Source of the DNA: Cyanidioschyzon merolae | Lineage: Eukaryota | DNA length: 64,000 bases | Reading direction: 5' to 3' (one strand) | Assembly (NCBI GenBank): GCA_000091205.1 | Contig: AP006498.2 | In this document: piece by piece, positions 32,907 through 44,953 of the stretch | Layout of the letters: every line of letters begins with the position of its first letter | Position numbering within the stretch: the stretch's first letter is position 1 | Translations under genes and position numbers: made by a program | The notes under the pieces: generated by a model | Database searches by the model: none | Told to the model about the DNA's origin: nothing | Seen by the model: only the letters and a program-made list of their open reading frames with translations

Positions 32907-33700
32907 TTCTCACATGGGATTTGCTCCCAGAGGCTCACGTCTCTTCTCTGGGGATCGAGCAGGTTCTTGGACTCGGACTTGAGCCATCGCAGCGATCGTT
33001 TCCTGCGGGGGCGTGTATCACCGTTTTGCCCGATGAGAGTGTAGACGCAACGAAATTTCTCGGCGTGTGTTTGAGCCTCGATTCTCTGCAAGGTAATAGG
33101 TTCATCAAGGAAAAGCTGACGTTTCACAGATCCTCGATCCAATAGAGCCGCCTGCGTTTGGGCGTGCAACGGACAATGTACTCGCCGAGCGTATCGCCCA
33201 GAAGAGGCGGATGCTCGTATGGTACTGCACCGAGCACCAAGACGGGGGCGCGCATCAAGCGATGCCTTCTGCACTCGTCCAGAGCATGAACCAAGCGATG
33301 AAGCAGGCGTCAACGCGCCATAGAGCAGCCTTCCGCGGCGGCGAGTTGATGCACGTGCTTGAAAACATGACCGAAGTGATGTGCCACCGCCGTAGAGGGT
33401 GTACCGAGGTTGCGCGCGAAGGAGATCCGAATGGTAAGCGGAGCTTAGATGATACCCTGCGCCTTTTGCATGGAAAGCGTTGACGAAACCTGAGCCAGCG
33501 TAGCAGGCACGATCTTGGTGCCATCAACATCTGTCGAGTGATGGTGACGAAGCTGGAGGAGCAGGCGAGACCAGTGGATTCTACGTGGGAAACGAGTTAG
33601 AAAAAACCCTGCAAATGCTATTGTGGATAATGGGTTACAGAGAGCGAAACTTTAGAATGTACGCCCTTGCTGGATGGCCCGTACCATTTGATGCCGTCTT
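32907..33700 (+). repeat. Dispersed ~0.8-kb repeat, copy 2 (about 99% identical to 19044-19843)
   Basis: See copy 1. Identical spurious ORFs appear in both copies (19079-19456/32849-33313 on the minus strand and 19354-19626/33211-33483 on the plus strand). Confidence 0.8.
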
Positions 33701-33872
33701 CGATGTATGATCAGCACAAGGATTCGCAGCGTTTGCAAAATCGAATTCGATTCAATAAAGTCTTTTCTTTATCCGTCTCGATTACGGGCTCTTCACCAGT
33801 CGACCGGAACAAGTCGAGAACCTCAGTTTTCAAGAAAGTTGCCCTCACTTGCGCCCACGAATGCTGATTTAA

Positions 33873-34970
33873 ATGAGTTTCATTCGACTGACCACACGAG
33901 GGTCAGGCGCACAGCCTGCTGAACGCCTCGGTGCTGGGGTCACCATGGCTGCTACGGTTCACTGGCCCGTCACTCGTCTTGGCCTGCACCGGTGCCAAAG
34001 AGACAACCACGCTGTCTACGATGTGGCGCTGCCGCTGGGAACGGTTACCGCGCTCGTCGAAGATGAACCTGGCCTACACGCTCGGACGTTCCTAAGTGTT
34101 TTTATCGCAGAGGGACTAGCGCACGAACACAGCCTGGGTTTGGTGCCGGGTGCACTCGTTGAAGGGGTGCCAGCGAGCCCGGTGGCGGGCCCTTCATCCA
34201 GCGCAGCAGCGAGCGCTTCCTCTGCGGCACCTGAAGCGGACTTGCGAATAGCCTGGCGGTACGCGAATAAAGTCGGGTCCGCTAGCAAGAGAAGAGCAGA
34301 GCGTGCCCGCCTCGATCTGTCGCTCCAAGTTAACCCGCGAGAGCTTTTGCGAAGTTCGGCTGCGCTTCGATTGTACCAATCGCTGGAAGGGGCCCTGGAG
34401 TTCGCTGCAGCCCCTGCATCACAGCAGTGCCGACGACTGGCGCTACAGTCACCGCACCACTGGGTTTGCTCGCAAATGATAGGGGGTCTCAGTGAAGAGA
34501 CGGCGTTGAGTCGCCTTTGGCGGTTCCTATATATCCTCCGACAGCGATGCCGCAAGTCTATGACGGTTGCGGTTATGACGCTGTCCCGTCAGTGGGCCTT
34601 GAATCCATCGTTGCTCCACCTGCTAGACGCTGTGATCGATGTCAATACGTTCGGAGGCAAGGGAGTTGCTGAGCTCGGGCTTGGCGCTTTCGATGGCCTC
34701 ATTCATCCGTTGAAAATGGCTGTGGTGCCGTCGTCGTTGAAACCGATGACTCCGTTCATTGTCGATGACCAGGAGAAATCACCGCTTGAAGTTGATTTGC
34801 TCGTGTTCAGGCGAACACGGCGCGAACTAGTGGTCGAGCCTGCTCACGAGGCACCTGACTTGTCGATTCCGGGCACACGACCATCACATTCCAAAGCGAA
34901 GCAGATAGATGGAGTCGCTGATACATTGAAACAAATGCAGGATGCTGACGCTTTCGCAACGGATTGGTAA
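33873..34970 (+). CDS. Hypothetical protein (365-aa ORF with no recognisable domain)
   Basis: ORF length only. The composition is Ala/Leu-rich, so the frame could also be a GC-driven artefact. Confidence 0.25.
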   Translation: MSFIRLTTRGSGAQPAERLGAGVTMAATVHWPVTRLGLHRCQRDNHAVYDVALPLGTVTALVEDEPGLHARTFLSVFIAEGLAHEHSLGLVPGALVEGVPASPVAGPSSSAAASASSAAPEADLRIAWRYANKVGSASKRRAERARLDLSLQVNPRELLRSSAALRLYQSLEGALEFAAAPASQQCRRLALQSPHHWVCSQMIGGLSEETALSRLWRFLYILRQRCRKSMTVAVMTLSRQWALNPSLLHLLDAVIDVNTFGGKGVAELGLGAFDGLIHPLKMAVVPSSLKPMTPFIVDDQEKSPLEVDLLVFRRTRRELVVEPAHEAPDLSIPGTRPSHSKAKQIDGVADTLKQMQDADAFATDW

Positions 34971-36222
34971 TCTCAAGATCCTGTAGAACGCTGGCGTTTC
35001 TCCAGCGCTGAGCCGAGCATTCCCAGATGCAAAACCGCGATACCTCGATCGGTAAAGGTGGCGCGCGTGGCCAGGCATCAGCGTTGGGCCAGATGGACGG
35101 CGGAAGCGTTCGTACATCTGTCCTCATCGGCTAGGCTGTGAGCGCATTTGAGCGAATCATGGAGGTTGTTTCCAGTGTCAGTATCTAGCGTACGCGAGCG
35201 CCGAGAGAACCGATGCTTCGTTCACTGTCTGGTGCTGAAAACTGTCGTGAACGCTTTTCGCTGCGTTGTGGTTCTTCATGCTTGTTGCTCATGTCATGGT
35301 TTTGACCAGATAAAAGGTCGGTATAGCGGTCGCCGCCGCCGCCGCCGCCGCCTCTGCAGCTGCTCGCGCCGCACTGGGGCTCTGTTCAGTGACACCGGCC
35401 CCGAGTAATTTACAGACGACGCAGCCGGCTTGCTGGATATCACCGAGCATATGAAATTCGGCGTCGTTCGTGCCTCTGTAGCCGTACTGGGATACCCTGA
35501 TCGTCGCTGGCCATAACATCATGCTATCCGTCGATGCACTCAGCCAGTGAGTGAACCTGGCATGTGCATATCCCGCACCAGCGTCTCCGAAGAGACTTTC
35601 TTGAATCTCGAACGGAGGAACTCTAAATCATGGCACGTGCGCATGGACACGTCACAGCTCGAGACGCATTTGGATGCATGTGCGTGCGTCCGTGCATGCG
35701 TGCGTGTATCGACAGATGGGTGCGAGTGCGCTTCTCGGATCTGATGCATGCACGCTGTGGGGCAGAGGATAGCGCGCCCGGGGGCACTTGTTTCATAGTA
35801 CGATCCCACAGTCTAAAACATCCGTGCTGGGATGCAAATTGGCAACTGTCTGGCGTAGTGCGCGGTACTGGCAGTTTGCGGAATGTCTTGCTCGCGGCAC
35901 CTGTCGCTGGATGCTGCATTAGCGGTCGGGTTGGGTAACAAGACACATACAGTGTACCGAGAGAGCTGTCCTGATCTCGATGAGATGGATGCTCCTCTGA
36001 GAACAAGGTGCAGGCCAGATATTCCACTTGAGAGTCATACCCGACAAGTTTGCTGCGCTCCACTGTCCTCGATTCATCTTCGTCCGGAAACCGGATTCAT
36101 GTCAGATATTCCAATAGCAAAGCATATCGAACGAGTTTACTGCTCATTTACGCATAGCTGATTTTATGATAGGGCCATTCCGCGTTGCTTTTCCGGACCA
36201 ACCATGGGTGGAGCTGCCAAGC

Positions 36223-39051
36223 TTACTGTGGGCGCTGTCGATTGCTTTCCGTCACCATGGAGGCTATTTTTTGCAACCATTTTTGACTTTGTGCCAACTT
36301 CCCGGTAGATAAATGGAGGCGGAAGCGCCAGTAATGATTCGGATTCGCGGGCACGTTAATCTGTTCCTCTGAAGCGACTGGTCGACGCAACTTAGCGTCC
36401 ATACCCAGCAAGTCTTGAAGCGGAAAAATCGCCAGAATGCTCGGTGCGTGCAAATGATCGCGGATCATCCATTCCACGGTTTCTGGGGTACACTCTGAGG
36501 GCGCTTCGTCTTCTCGCTTCATAACATTCTTCCAAAAGCGTTGACGCTTCTCCGAGGGGATCTCCTCCCACCAACCGCGCAGCGTGCTTGTATCATGTGA
36601 GCCTGGGGTCGCCACGGTCAAATACGGGTACTTTGAGCAGTCTCCAAACTCAGCGTTTTCTGGCATTCGCTGCACCCGTAATCCGATGATACAGAGGCTT
36701 CCGAGCACTTCGAAAACGCAGGATGGGAGCATTCCAAGGTCTTCGCCGCATACCAGCATATCGCTGGCCGCTTTCAACATCGGAAGTTTCTCCATGGCCT
36801 TGTCACGCCACAGCACCTCCTGTCGCCGGAAAAAGTAGTCATCATAGAGTTGTCGCAGTTTGTGTTGCCAATCGCCGTTCAATTCCCAGTACGTGGGCGC
36901 ACGCCAAAACTCTATACGCGGATGGAAGGCATCGTCGGGCTCGTCTAAGTCTCGGAGCAGAATTACATTGTTCACAAACCGGAAAAGCTCCAGTTTCAAG
37001 TATTCCGCGTCGATTCCTGACTGAGCGCAGAACTTGCTCACTTCCTCCTCTTTCGCGAAAAATGCTTCCAATCTGGCCTCGGTGCTGTATTTCGGTCGGA
37101 AACGATAGCGATTGTACCACGGTTCAAAGAAGAAGTCACGAACAAAGCTCCACTTCTGATCTCCGAATACACGACGAAGTTGCGTCTCGCTAATATACGG
37201 TTCGCAGAGGCGTTCGATATCCCAGATACCGCGACTCTCTAGTTCACTACGCCGGATAGGATTTACCGGTCGAAAACGGCCACTAAGACCCGACATTGCC
37301 TCGCCAGGAATTTCCCAGATGCGAAAGAAACCGAGAATGTGGTCGATGCGATAGGCGTGGAAGACTTTTTCCATGGATCTCAAGCGGCCTCGCCACCAAC
37401 GGTATCCATCAAGGGCCATACGCTCCCAGTTGTAGGTGGGAAATCCCCAGTTCTGGCCAAACTCGGCAAACTGATCCGGAGGTGCCCCAGTCTGGCGATC
37501 CAAGTAGAACTGATCTTGATTCATCCAAGCATCAACGCTGAAGCGATGCACGCCGATTGGGAGGTCGCCTTTCAGGATTACCCGATGCTTGGCGGCGTAG
37601 GCGCCCACACGGGCTAGTTGTCGATACAGATGGAACTGGATGTAGTAATGCAGCGCAAGCTCGTCGAAGAAGAACGTATCTGGTGACGCGAGTCCCTCAA
37701 GATCTGCCACCGTAACTCGGCGACGAGCGCCCCACTGATCAAAATTTGCGGTTCCGTTCACTTTGGCCAGAAATCGGCTCGCTGCGTATGGCACTAACCA
37801 TTCTTGATTTTCGTTGAAGAATTTCAGGAAAGCAGGGTCTCGAAGAATGCGCTGCTTATCATTGGCATACATACGTCGCAAAATCGCCATCTTTGTATTC
37901 ATGACGGCCTCGTAGTCGATGGCCTCAAGCTGGTTCAATCGAGTGCGCGCCTCCTTAATTTCCCTACTGATTTCACTGGGTGGGTTGAGCTCGTCTAAAT
38001 TCAGGTATAACGGGTGCAAAGCGTGCACCGAGAGGCAAGAGTAGGGATAGCTATCTCTCCAAGTGCCTGTCACTGATGTATCGTTGAGCGGGAGCAGCTG
38101 AATCAGTGACATCTTCATTTGCACAGCGAGATCGATCATTTGTTCAAGGTCCAGCAGCTCGCCTACTCCGCATGAGTTTTCGCTTAGGATCGAAAACACT
38201 GGGATTGCGAAACCTGCGAATCGAGCGCTCTTCTCGGGGTCATCTATCGCTCTATAGTCCGTGTAATGCACGGATACATCTTTCGGTGGTATCCTTAGAT
38301 GCCGCTGATCATCTTTAGAGCTCGCAGTGGTGGAGCCATTCGCGCTGTTGCGAACGAAGAGCTCGTACTTAAGCATCTGTTCCTGGTTGCGATCCGGAAG
38401 AAGCTCATCTAACGGCATGACCAAGCTCCACAATGGAAAGCGATCCGCCGATAGGCGCTGTTCGATGCTTTTTTCGGTCCCGTCTTCAACAATCTTGCGA
38501 ATGTTTGATGCGGCGGCGGTGGCGGCGTCAGACCTGTCAACAAAGAAACGAATGTAGACCTCTTCCGAAGGGCAAACCCGAACCTGCAGTGTCTGAAAAA
38601 GGAGCAAGTCGCGCCCGCTCCCTGGTGCGGGGCCTCTCTTCGATTTTCCATCCGTCGCGTCGTTCTGCGACGCTGCGGCAACATGGCGACCGTAGATCAC
38701 GTCACGAAACGCAGTGGTATGGAACACCTCCTCCTCAACGTTCGGCTCCTGTCGAAACGGGCCATCATCACATACGAGTACCTGCACATCTTTAGGCAAG
38801 ATCAACGTTCTTGGCTTTCCACGTTCCCATGAGATCTTCCCTGTTGTACCGTCTTTCACGAAGTAGCGGTATTGCAGCGTTGTTCCCATAGCGAAGTCGT
38901 CAAGCTCGATCTCCCACGCTGTCGGGGTGTACCGCAACTTTTTCGAACCATCTGCCCTATGATTTCCAAGCTGATCTCCAGATCCACTAATAAAGACATC
39001 TTGGCCCGGCACAGAAGCGAACTGAACTCGAAAAATAAGCTTCATATTCAA
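36223..39051 (-). CDS. DPE2: 4-alpha-glucanotransferase (GH77 disproportionating enzyme) of DPE2 type, with two N-terminal CBM20 starch-binding modules
   Basis: 942-aa uninterrupted ORF. CBM20-like N-terminus (KLIFRVQFASVPGQDVFISGSGDQLGNH...KLRYTPTAWEIELD), plus a second CBM20. GH77 blocks: GFAIPVFSI, YSCLSVHALHPLYLNLDEL, KGDLPIGVHRFSVDAW, GQNWGFPTYNW, YRIDHILGFFRIWEIP, LVCGEDLGMLP, TPGSHDTSTLRGWWEE. Confidence 0.85.
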   Translation of the reverse strand: MNMKLIFRVQFASVPGQDVFISGSGDQLGNHRADGSKKLRYTPTAWEIELDDFAMGTTLQYRYFVKDGTTGKISWERGKPRTLILPKDVQVLVCDDGPFRQEPNVEEEVFHTTAFRDVIYGRHVAAASQNDATDGKSKRGPAPGSGRDLLLFQTLQVRVCPSEEVYIRFFVDRSDAATAAASNIRKIVEDGTEKSIEQRLSADRFPLWSLVMPLDELLPDRNQEQMLKYELFVRNSANGSTTASSKDDQRHLRIPPKDVSVHYTDYRAIDDPEKSARFAGFAIPVFSILSENSCGVGELLDLEQMIDLAVQMKMSLIQLLPLNDTSVTGTWRDSYPYSCLSVHALHPLYLNLDELNPPSEISREIKEARTRLNQLEAIDYEAVMNTKMAILRRMYANDKQRILRDPAFLKFFNENQEWLVPYAASRFLAKVNGTANFDQWGARRRVTVADLEGLASPDTFFFDELALHYYIQFHLYRQLARVGAYAAKHRVILKGDLPIGVHRFSVDAWMNQDQFYLDRQTGAPPDQFAEFGQNWGFPTYNWERMALDGYRWWRGRLRSMEKVFHAYRIDHILGFFRIWEIPGEAMSGLSGRFRPVNPIRRSELESRGIWDIERLCEPYISETQLRRVFGDQKWSFVRDFFFEPWYNRYRFRPKYSTEARLEAFFAKEEEVSKFCAQSGIDAEYLKLELFRFVNNVILLRDLDEPDDAFHPRIEFWRAPTYWELNGDWQHKLRQLYDDYFFRRQEVLWRDKAMEKLPMLKAASDMLVCGEDLGMLPSCVFEVLGSLCIIGLRVQRMPENAEFGDCSKYPYLTVATPGSHDTSTLRGWWEEIPSEKRQRFWKNVMKREDEAPSECTPETVEWMIRDHLHAPSILAIFPLQDLLGMDAKLRRPVASEEQINVPANPNHYWRFRLHLSTGKLAQSQKWLQKIASMVTESNRQRPQ

Positions 39052-40134
39052 GGTGTCTGAGTCTGAGTTGGCTAATAGCGCACACCTGCATATGCACCTG
39101 TTGCACGATGCGCCATCGCGCTCGCCATCGCGCTCGCCATCGCCATTTGATCTAATCTCGCCGTTTCACTGGTGCCGGAATCGATCGGATCCACACAGCG
39201 TCTTGCCAGGTGATGCGTGCGCAGGCGGACACCTGGCAGACGCTTGATGAACGGCACTGCGTTTACGGCCTGACGAACGCTTTTGTTGCGGATCCCGTCG
39301 ATGGATGCTGAGTCCTGGGCTGGCGGAATCAGCGTGTACCTCAAGGAAGCTGTTTCGTCCATATAAACGAGCGACTGCGTTCGCTGGTGCCACATCTCGT
39401 TCAGCTGCTTGATCAAGGCGGTCGAAGGTTATAGAGGCAAACCAGACGACGGTACTCAAGTATCAGGCATACGCCGCCTCTTGCAAAGCGTTGCCCGTTC
39501 TATACATGGAGCTGATGATGCTTCAACACCCAGTACCCCCTGTTTCGTGAATGAGGCCTTTCGTACGGCCTAAAATGCTCTACTGGGTTACATCAATGGC
39601 GAAGGGTTTGGTGCAAGAAGTCTATTGTGCCAATAGTGCAGGGCGGAGTTGCAACAATATGCGGACTCGTTGGCGCACTAAATTGTGGCATCTCATGCAA
39701 TATGCTGCTGCCTCAATTCCGGACAGCGACGGCCGCGCGGACTCTTTGGATTTTCTTAAAACCCATCGCAAAAGTACCATGTATGTGAGACATGAGAATC
39801 GTTAAGTCATGTCCAAAACAGGGCCTACGGAGCGATTTCGCGCGCTATCGGCATTGTGAACCATGAAGCGACACTCGGCATTCGATGGTGTTTTTACGGT
39901 TTCAAATCGATGCTTCGAACTGTCTCCAAGCAGCGGAAGCTTGCTTGTTGTAGAAAATCGACGCACATAGCTGGACTCTCGTCCAAACCATTTGTCTGCA
40001 GTACTGAATCCTTGCTCCATACCAGATTCACGTTTCGAACGAACGCATCAACCAACATCGATGCATCAAACCGAGTTTGCAAAGCGAGCACAGAAGCACT
40101 GGGACAAAAGCGCAGTGCGCCGCTATCGAAAAAA

Positions 40135-40135
40135 G

Positions 40136-40166
<31 letters not shown>

Positions 40167-40168
40167 GA
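40135..40168 (+). repeat. (GCC)n microsatellite. A second (GCC)n occurs at about 35325-35350. (CAG)n occurs at about 22005-22026, and (ACA)n at about 4663-4681.
   Basis: gccgccgccgccgccgccgccgccgcgaccgc. These were seen directly in the sequence. Confidence 0.8.
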
Positions 40169-42511
40169 CCGCTGCAGCAGAAGATGGGATAGACGTGCAA
40201 GCGTCTTTCGGGACGTTGCCCTTTGTTCCTCGTGGCGAAGAGCGGTACAGTGCTGGCGAAGCGTGGAAGTGTCTGCTTGAGTAACGAGGTCTCTCTTCTG
40301 TAATGAGAAGCCCTTGAGCACCTAGGGAAAACTGTTTGGTCCCACGGTTCTTATACCAAAACGCCGACGAGGTTTCCCGTCTACCATGGAGCGCCTTGTA
40401 GCCTCAGAGCAAGCACCGTTATGTGCACGGGATCAGGCACCGGATCCGTGCAGCGAAGACTTGATCTGGCTAGGATAACTGTACCGCATCGTTGCGTCTC
40501 CAATTGCCACGGAATCGGTTTCAGAATAGGGGAACTAGTTTCACTGGGCTCTGCACACGGTGCCCTGTGCTGCTTCGGTCGAGTGAGGTCACGGGTAGAC
40601 TCAGAACGGCGCACCGGAAGTGATGAGCTACGAGTTATTGGTAAAGGCGGTTAGCTCCGTCCCTTTGTCTGGAATGAACCCTCCAGAGTCAGGATGTTGT
40701 AGCCATGCCGCAAACCTCTGTTGGAGCTGGGCTGATCCGTGCGTCTTCTTTGGCTCTGATCGGCGCACTCGTAAGTCTATCTCAGGAATAGCGCACGAAG
40801 CATACGAGCAGCAAACTCTGCGAAGCGTCAGCGACGATATACGCAGTTGGCAGTGGGACCGTGTCTCCGTGGGAGTGCAACCATGCAGCGCGAGTGCAGA
40901 CAATCACTGTTTCGATTCATCTTTTGTGGTATCAGGTCAAGGAATCTAAGCTGAATCCTGCCGGACGTGCGATTCCTGGCGGCAACCAGCAGAGAATTCA
41001 CTGTTCCTCAACGGGCGCTTCTACGTTTCACCTGCATTAAACCAGTCTCGCTGTCAGGCCTAGTTGTTCAATCAGCCCAGCGTCGTTTAAATGTGTCGAG
41101 CTTATCTCAGACGCATGCAGCGTCGCTGGACGCGCCGGCGCTACCGTTGCCGCGGTCATGATATCGAGTCAGAAGGTATCTGCAGTGACTTGATGGGCCA
41201 CGGCTCGAGGCGTTGATTGTCGAACTCGAAGATAGGACGCTTACTGCGCCTGGGCCCCGGCGCCTCGTACAGGTAAAACTTTAGGTAGACCTGCATGCTT
41301 GAAATAACCTCTTGGGAACCTACAACCTGCAGGGCGAATTCTGAGCGCTATCCGCGCTTCTGAACCGTCTTTGAAGAGCTGTGCGTCACGCGAGCTGTGC
41401 GGGCATCGCCTCGACCTCCATCGACATGGGCATGTGGAGCACTGGCCCGTGGAGCACGTTCGATTCGCACACCTTTGCGCTTAGAAAGTAAGCTAGTCTC
41501 TCGCATGTAAAAGTCTTCGTCAATTCCGCTTACTGTAGTAGCATGGAAAAGAGCCTCTTCATTGCTCTTCCTGTGCACATCTGTTGTTTGAGTTCCAGCG
41601 ACGACTTTCTCAAATGCCCTCACTCCTCCTCAGAGGAGACAACGATGCAAAGATGGAGTTTCGGACAAGAACGTTCTCCGCTGTGGCCAGCACCCTACCT
41701 GCGCTGAGAATAACTTCATCTGCATTGTAATTCTCTACTTGGTGATACGTCTTCCTCGCATGATCACGCCATGCGCTCGCTGATTAGGTGATTTTCCGGG
41801 ACCATCGTGCGTCAACTTCCGAGCATCCGAAAGGTTCTGCGGAGGTCCGTCGACCCTCAAGCTTCGCAAAACGCAGTTGCCTGCCAGCATTCACGTTGTC
41901 AGATGTGTACGGCACGTGCCGGGCATCTACGCAGTCCCACTTTGATTACATGAATCGCTCGGGTGCAGCGCTGCTTCTCTTTGGTTTGTGGCGAAATCTG
42001 TGCTCTCATTTTTAGCAACAAAAGGATTCCAAGCCAAGTACCTGTCCGGTGCTATGGCAGAGGCGGCCATACTCGCGAGTGCACAGCTCGGGACATCGCA
42101 GCGGCGTTATCGTCGCTACTACAGCTATTTATCGCGTCAGGTCAATCATGCTGCTAATGATCATGTTGGTCAGCGGCATCGCCAATAGCGCATGAGTATG
42201 GGCGAATGAAAGATCGTCCAACGTTCGTAGCGCGTTTGCCGTACACGCCAGAGCATCGCACATGGGACCTCAGGAGACGTAAAACCCGAGAGGTAACCCA
42301 GAGCCGAGCGGGCTCGATTGTGCAGGCACATCGGACACATTGTAGATCACTTGTCCAACAAGGGAATCATCCTGAGCGCTGCTGACAGAGCCTGCCGGTA
42401 TCCACGCCATCTCGTGCTCCAGGTGGAGCACACGACGCCGCTCGCGTGCTCGCGCTTCCTTCCGACCAGCGATCTTGGTCGAATCTCGGAAGATGCTCCT
42501 CTTGGGATTCA

Positions 42512-44320
42512 CTAAAATACACGCTCGCCAGTCCCAAACGCGTTGTACACCACTGTGCCAAGCAGATAGAAGAAAATTGCCGTGTAAAATACAATGGACC
42601 AGGTTCCAGCCGTCACGTCGAGGATCCATCCGGTGAGCGCCACACCTACGATCCCAGGTACAGTGGCCAGCGTATTGCTCATGCCGAGCAGGATCCCCGC
42701 ATACTGCGGCCCAATATCGCCATGGTTACTGTAGATTCCCGACTGCGAGAACGATGCCAGTCCAAGCGCAGCAGCCATGTAGATGACAGCGCTGTACGGA
42801 TCCTGAGTCGATGACACGAGCGCTAGGAACGAGGCTGGTCCCAAGAAACCGATCGTCTGCATCATTTTGCGCACGGCGGTTGTTGTGAATTTCCTCGTGC
42901 TCAGCAGATAGTCAGCAATCCACCCGCTTACGTTGGCTCCGACAAACATCGTCAGCCATGGCAGAATACTGAAGAACGCTGATGCATTCAGGTCAAAACC
43001 AAGTGCCTGATTAAAGTAGGTAGGAAGCCACGCCAAAAGCAAAAAATATCCCCAGGTACAGCAAAAGTGGCCGATCATAATTGCCCAGGTAGCCGGATGA
43101 CTCAACAATAACTTCCAAGGAACGCGAGCCCGAGCGGGTACAGTTGTTGGAACCGTCTCTTTGTTTCGGCGACGTCCGAGCTGTTTCCGAAGATACTCTA
43201 ACTCCTGTGGATCGATGATCTTACTTTCCTTCGGTGATGATCCACTGGTAAAGCGTTCCCACAAAAAATACCAGACAAATCCGAGTGCCCCGAACACGTA
43301 GAAGACACTCTGCCAACCAAGGTTTCGCATCAACAGCGGGCAGAGCAGCAGCCCGATCACACTTCCCATGTACATGCCGCTGTAAATGAGACTGAGCGCT
43401 CGAGAGCGCTCCTGATTCGGAACCCAGCGCGATACGAGGTTATTCATCGCCGGCATGGCGACACCCTCACCGACGCCGAGCAGCGCTCTGGCGCCCAGCA
43501 GGATCGGTAAGCTGGACCTTGCCGCCATGGGCGTCACAAAGGTCATGAGACTCCAAGAGACGACCCCAAATGCAAGCACACTGCGCCCGCCGTAGCGATC
43601 GGCGAGGTATCCTCCTGGCAACTGAGTCAGTAGATAGCCCCAGAAAAAGGCCGACTGGATAATGCCAACAGTGGTTGATGACCAACCGAACTCGTGTCGC
43701 ATAGGCAGGATCGCGACAGATAGGTTGATTCGATCGATGTTGTTGATCAGAAACGCAAGAAAGCAGAGCACAACAATGCGCAGGCGCTCAGGAAAGCGCC
43801 TTTTCTGTACAAACTGGAGCCAAGAGGCCATCGAGTTTGCGGACGCTTCCTGCTCCGGGGCGTGTTGTCCCACATGGTTGTTCCCAGCGTTGTCGCCAGA
43901 GGCACTGTCTATCTCCACAGAAATGTCCTGATCAGACTCTGCCTCGCGATGCATAGAAACACGACTGCGGAACCTACGGAAACCAGATGCTCGCCAGTAG
44001 CGTGAACTAGGTGCGTACGAAGGTGATCGCTGTCTCCTGTCAATCAAGTGCGTTCCTCCTGGATGCCCGCCACTCTTATCCCAGAAACGTAACCTCGCAT
44101 CCCCAAAGAAACCCGATCGACGACAATGCAGGCCAGAACCCTGGAGAAGCCTAGCACTACTCTGCAAATGTTGCGTTTGCGAACGAAACAGCGCAGTGCA
44201 CTTTGCCAAAGGCACCAGCTTTTGTCCACGCCAGCAGTATGATTTTCCAGGGAAAGTAGCTCTTCCAGAAACTGTAGTGCTAGAAGCAAAGCCTGCTTCT
44301 AGTCGTGATTGTCGTAGCAT
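42512..44320 (-). CDS. MFS transporter, SLC17/anion:cation symporter family (plant PHT4/ANTR-like phosphate/anion transporter), with an N-terminal extension
   Basis: About 12 predicted transmembrane helices. Family blocks LCFLAFLINNIDRINLSVAILPM, GIIQSAFFWGYLLTQLPGGYLADRYGGRSVL and LGVGEGVAMPAMNNLVSRWVP. The ~170-aa N-terminal region is S/R-rich and resembles a transit peptide, so the real start may be an internal ATG. Confidence 0.8.
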   Translation of the reverse strand: MLRQSRLEAGFASSTTVSGRATFPGKSYCWRGQKLVPLAKCTALFRSQTQHLQSSARLLQGSGLHCRRSGFFGDARLRFWDKSGGHPGGTHLIDRRQRSPSYAPSSRYWRASGFRRFRSRVSMHREAESDQDISVEIDSASGDNAGNNHVGQHAPEQEASANSMASWLQFVQKRRFPERLRIVVLCFLAFLINNIDRINLSVAILPMRHEFGWSSTTVGIIQSAFFWGYLLTQLPGGYLADRYGGRSVLAFGVVSWSLMTFVTPMAARSSLPILLGARALLGVGEGVAMPAMNNLVSRWVPNQERSRALSLIYSGMYMGSVIGLLLCPLLMRNLGWQSVFYVFGALGFVWYFLWERFTSGSSPKESKIIDPQELEYLRKQLGRRRNKETVPTTVPARARVPWKLLLSHPATWAIMIGHFCCTWGYFLLLAWLPTYFNQALGFDLNASAFFSILPWLTMFVGANVSGWIADYLLSTRKFTTTAVRKMMQTIGFLGPASFLALVSSTQDPYSAVIYMAAALGLASFSQSGIYSNHGDIGPQYAGILLGMSNTLATVPGIVGVALTGWILDVTAGTWSIVFYTAIFFYLLGTVVYNAFGTGERVF

Positions 44321-44953
44321 TCACTGGTCGTACGAGGAGTCGAACAGAACACCCGGAAGCTTTTGCACCCAGACGGTGACGCCGCTCTAGCGGCATCCGT
44401 GAATCGGCGCTAGCGCTACCGACGATTCTCTATCACTGACTTGTGGATGAGCAAGCCGCCTCCCTAGCTTGGCCACAGTGCTTTGAAGAGGGGTTAACCG
44501 TCGCTCCGACACCAGAGGATTAACAGAGTAACCGTCCAGTTTCCAGCGTTCGTCAGATAGGTAGATACTGAGTTTGGCAGTCTGCACGCTTCCCGTTGCG
44601 AGCGTTTTCGCTCCCTTGCAGAACTCGGCAAGAGGAAGTTGCGGAGCGCTTTTTACTGCGAGCTTTTGCGGTAGCTGCACGACGTTTACCTCTGGGAGGG
44701 TTGCAAGTACAGGAACAGCCTCCTATATTTGGGCAAGGTTCCCGAGCGGCGTTGCGAACGGCTCGCGGTTACGGGCCAGTTTGCAGATAGTAGAACGAGG
44801 CGCGCTGCGGTGACCAAGCGCAACCGCGTTTAGTAGCCCGTGTTTGCCTGTCCAGGAGAAGGTGGCGTGCGTTTCACTTCGCGAGAGGACCAACGCAACT
44901 TGGTACGAAGGATCTAGTCAGGAACCTTGTAAAAGTTCAGGGGCGTCAATCAG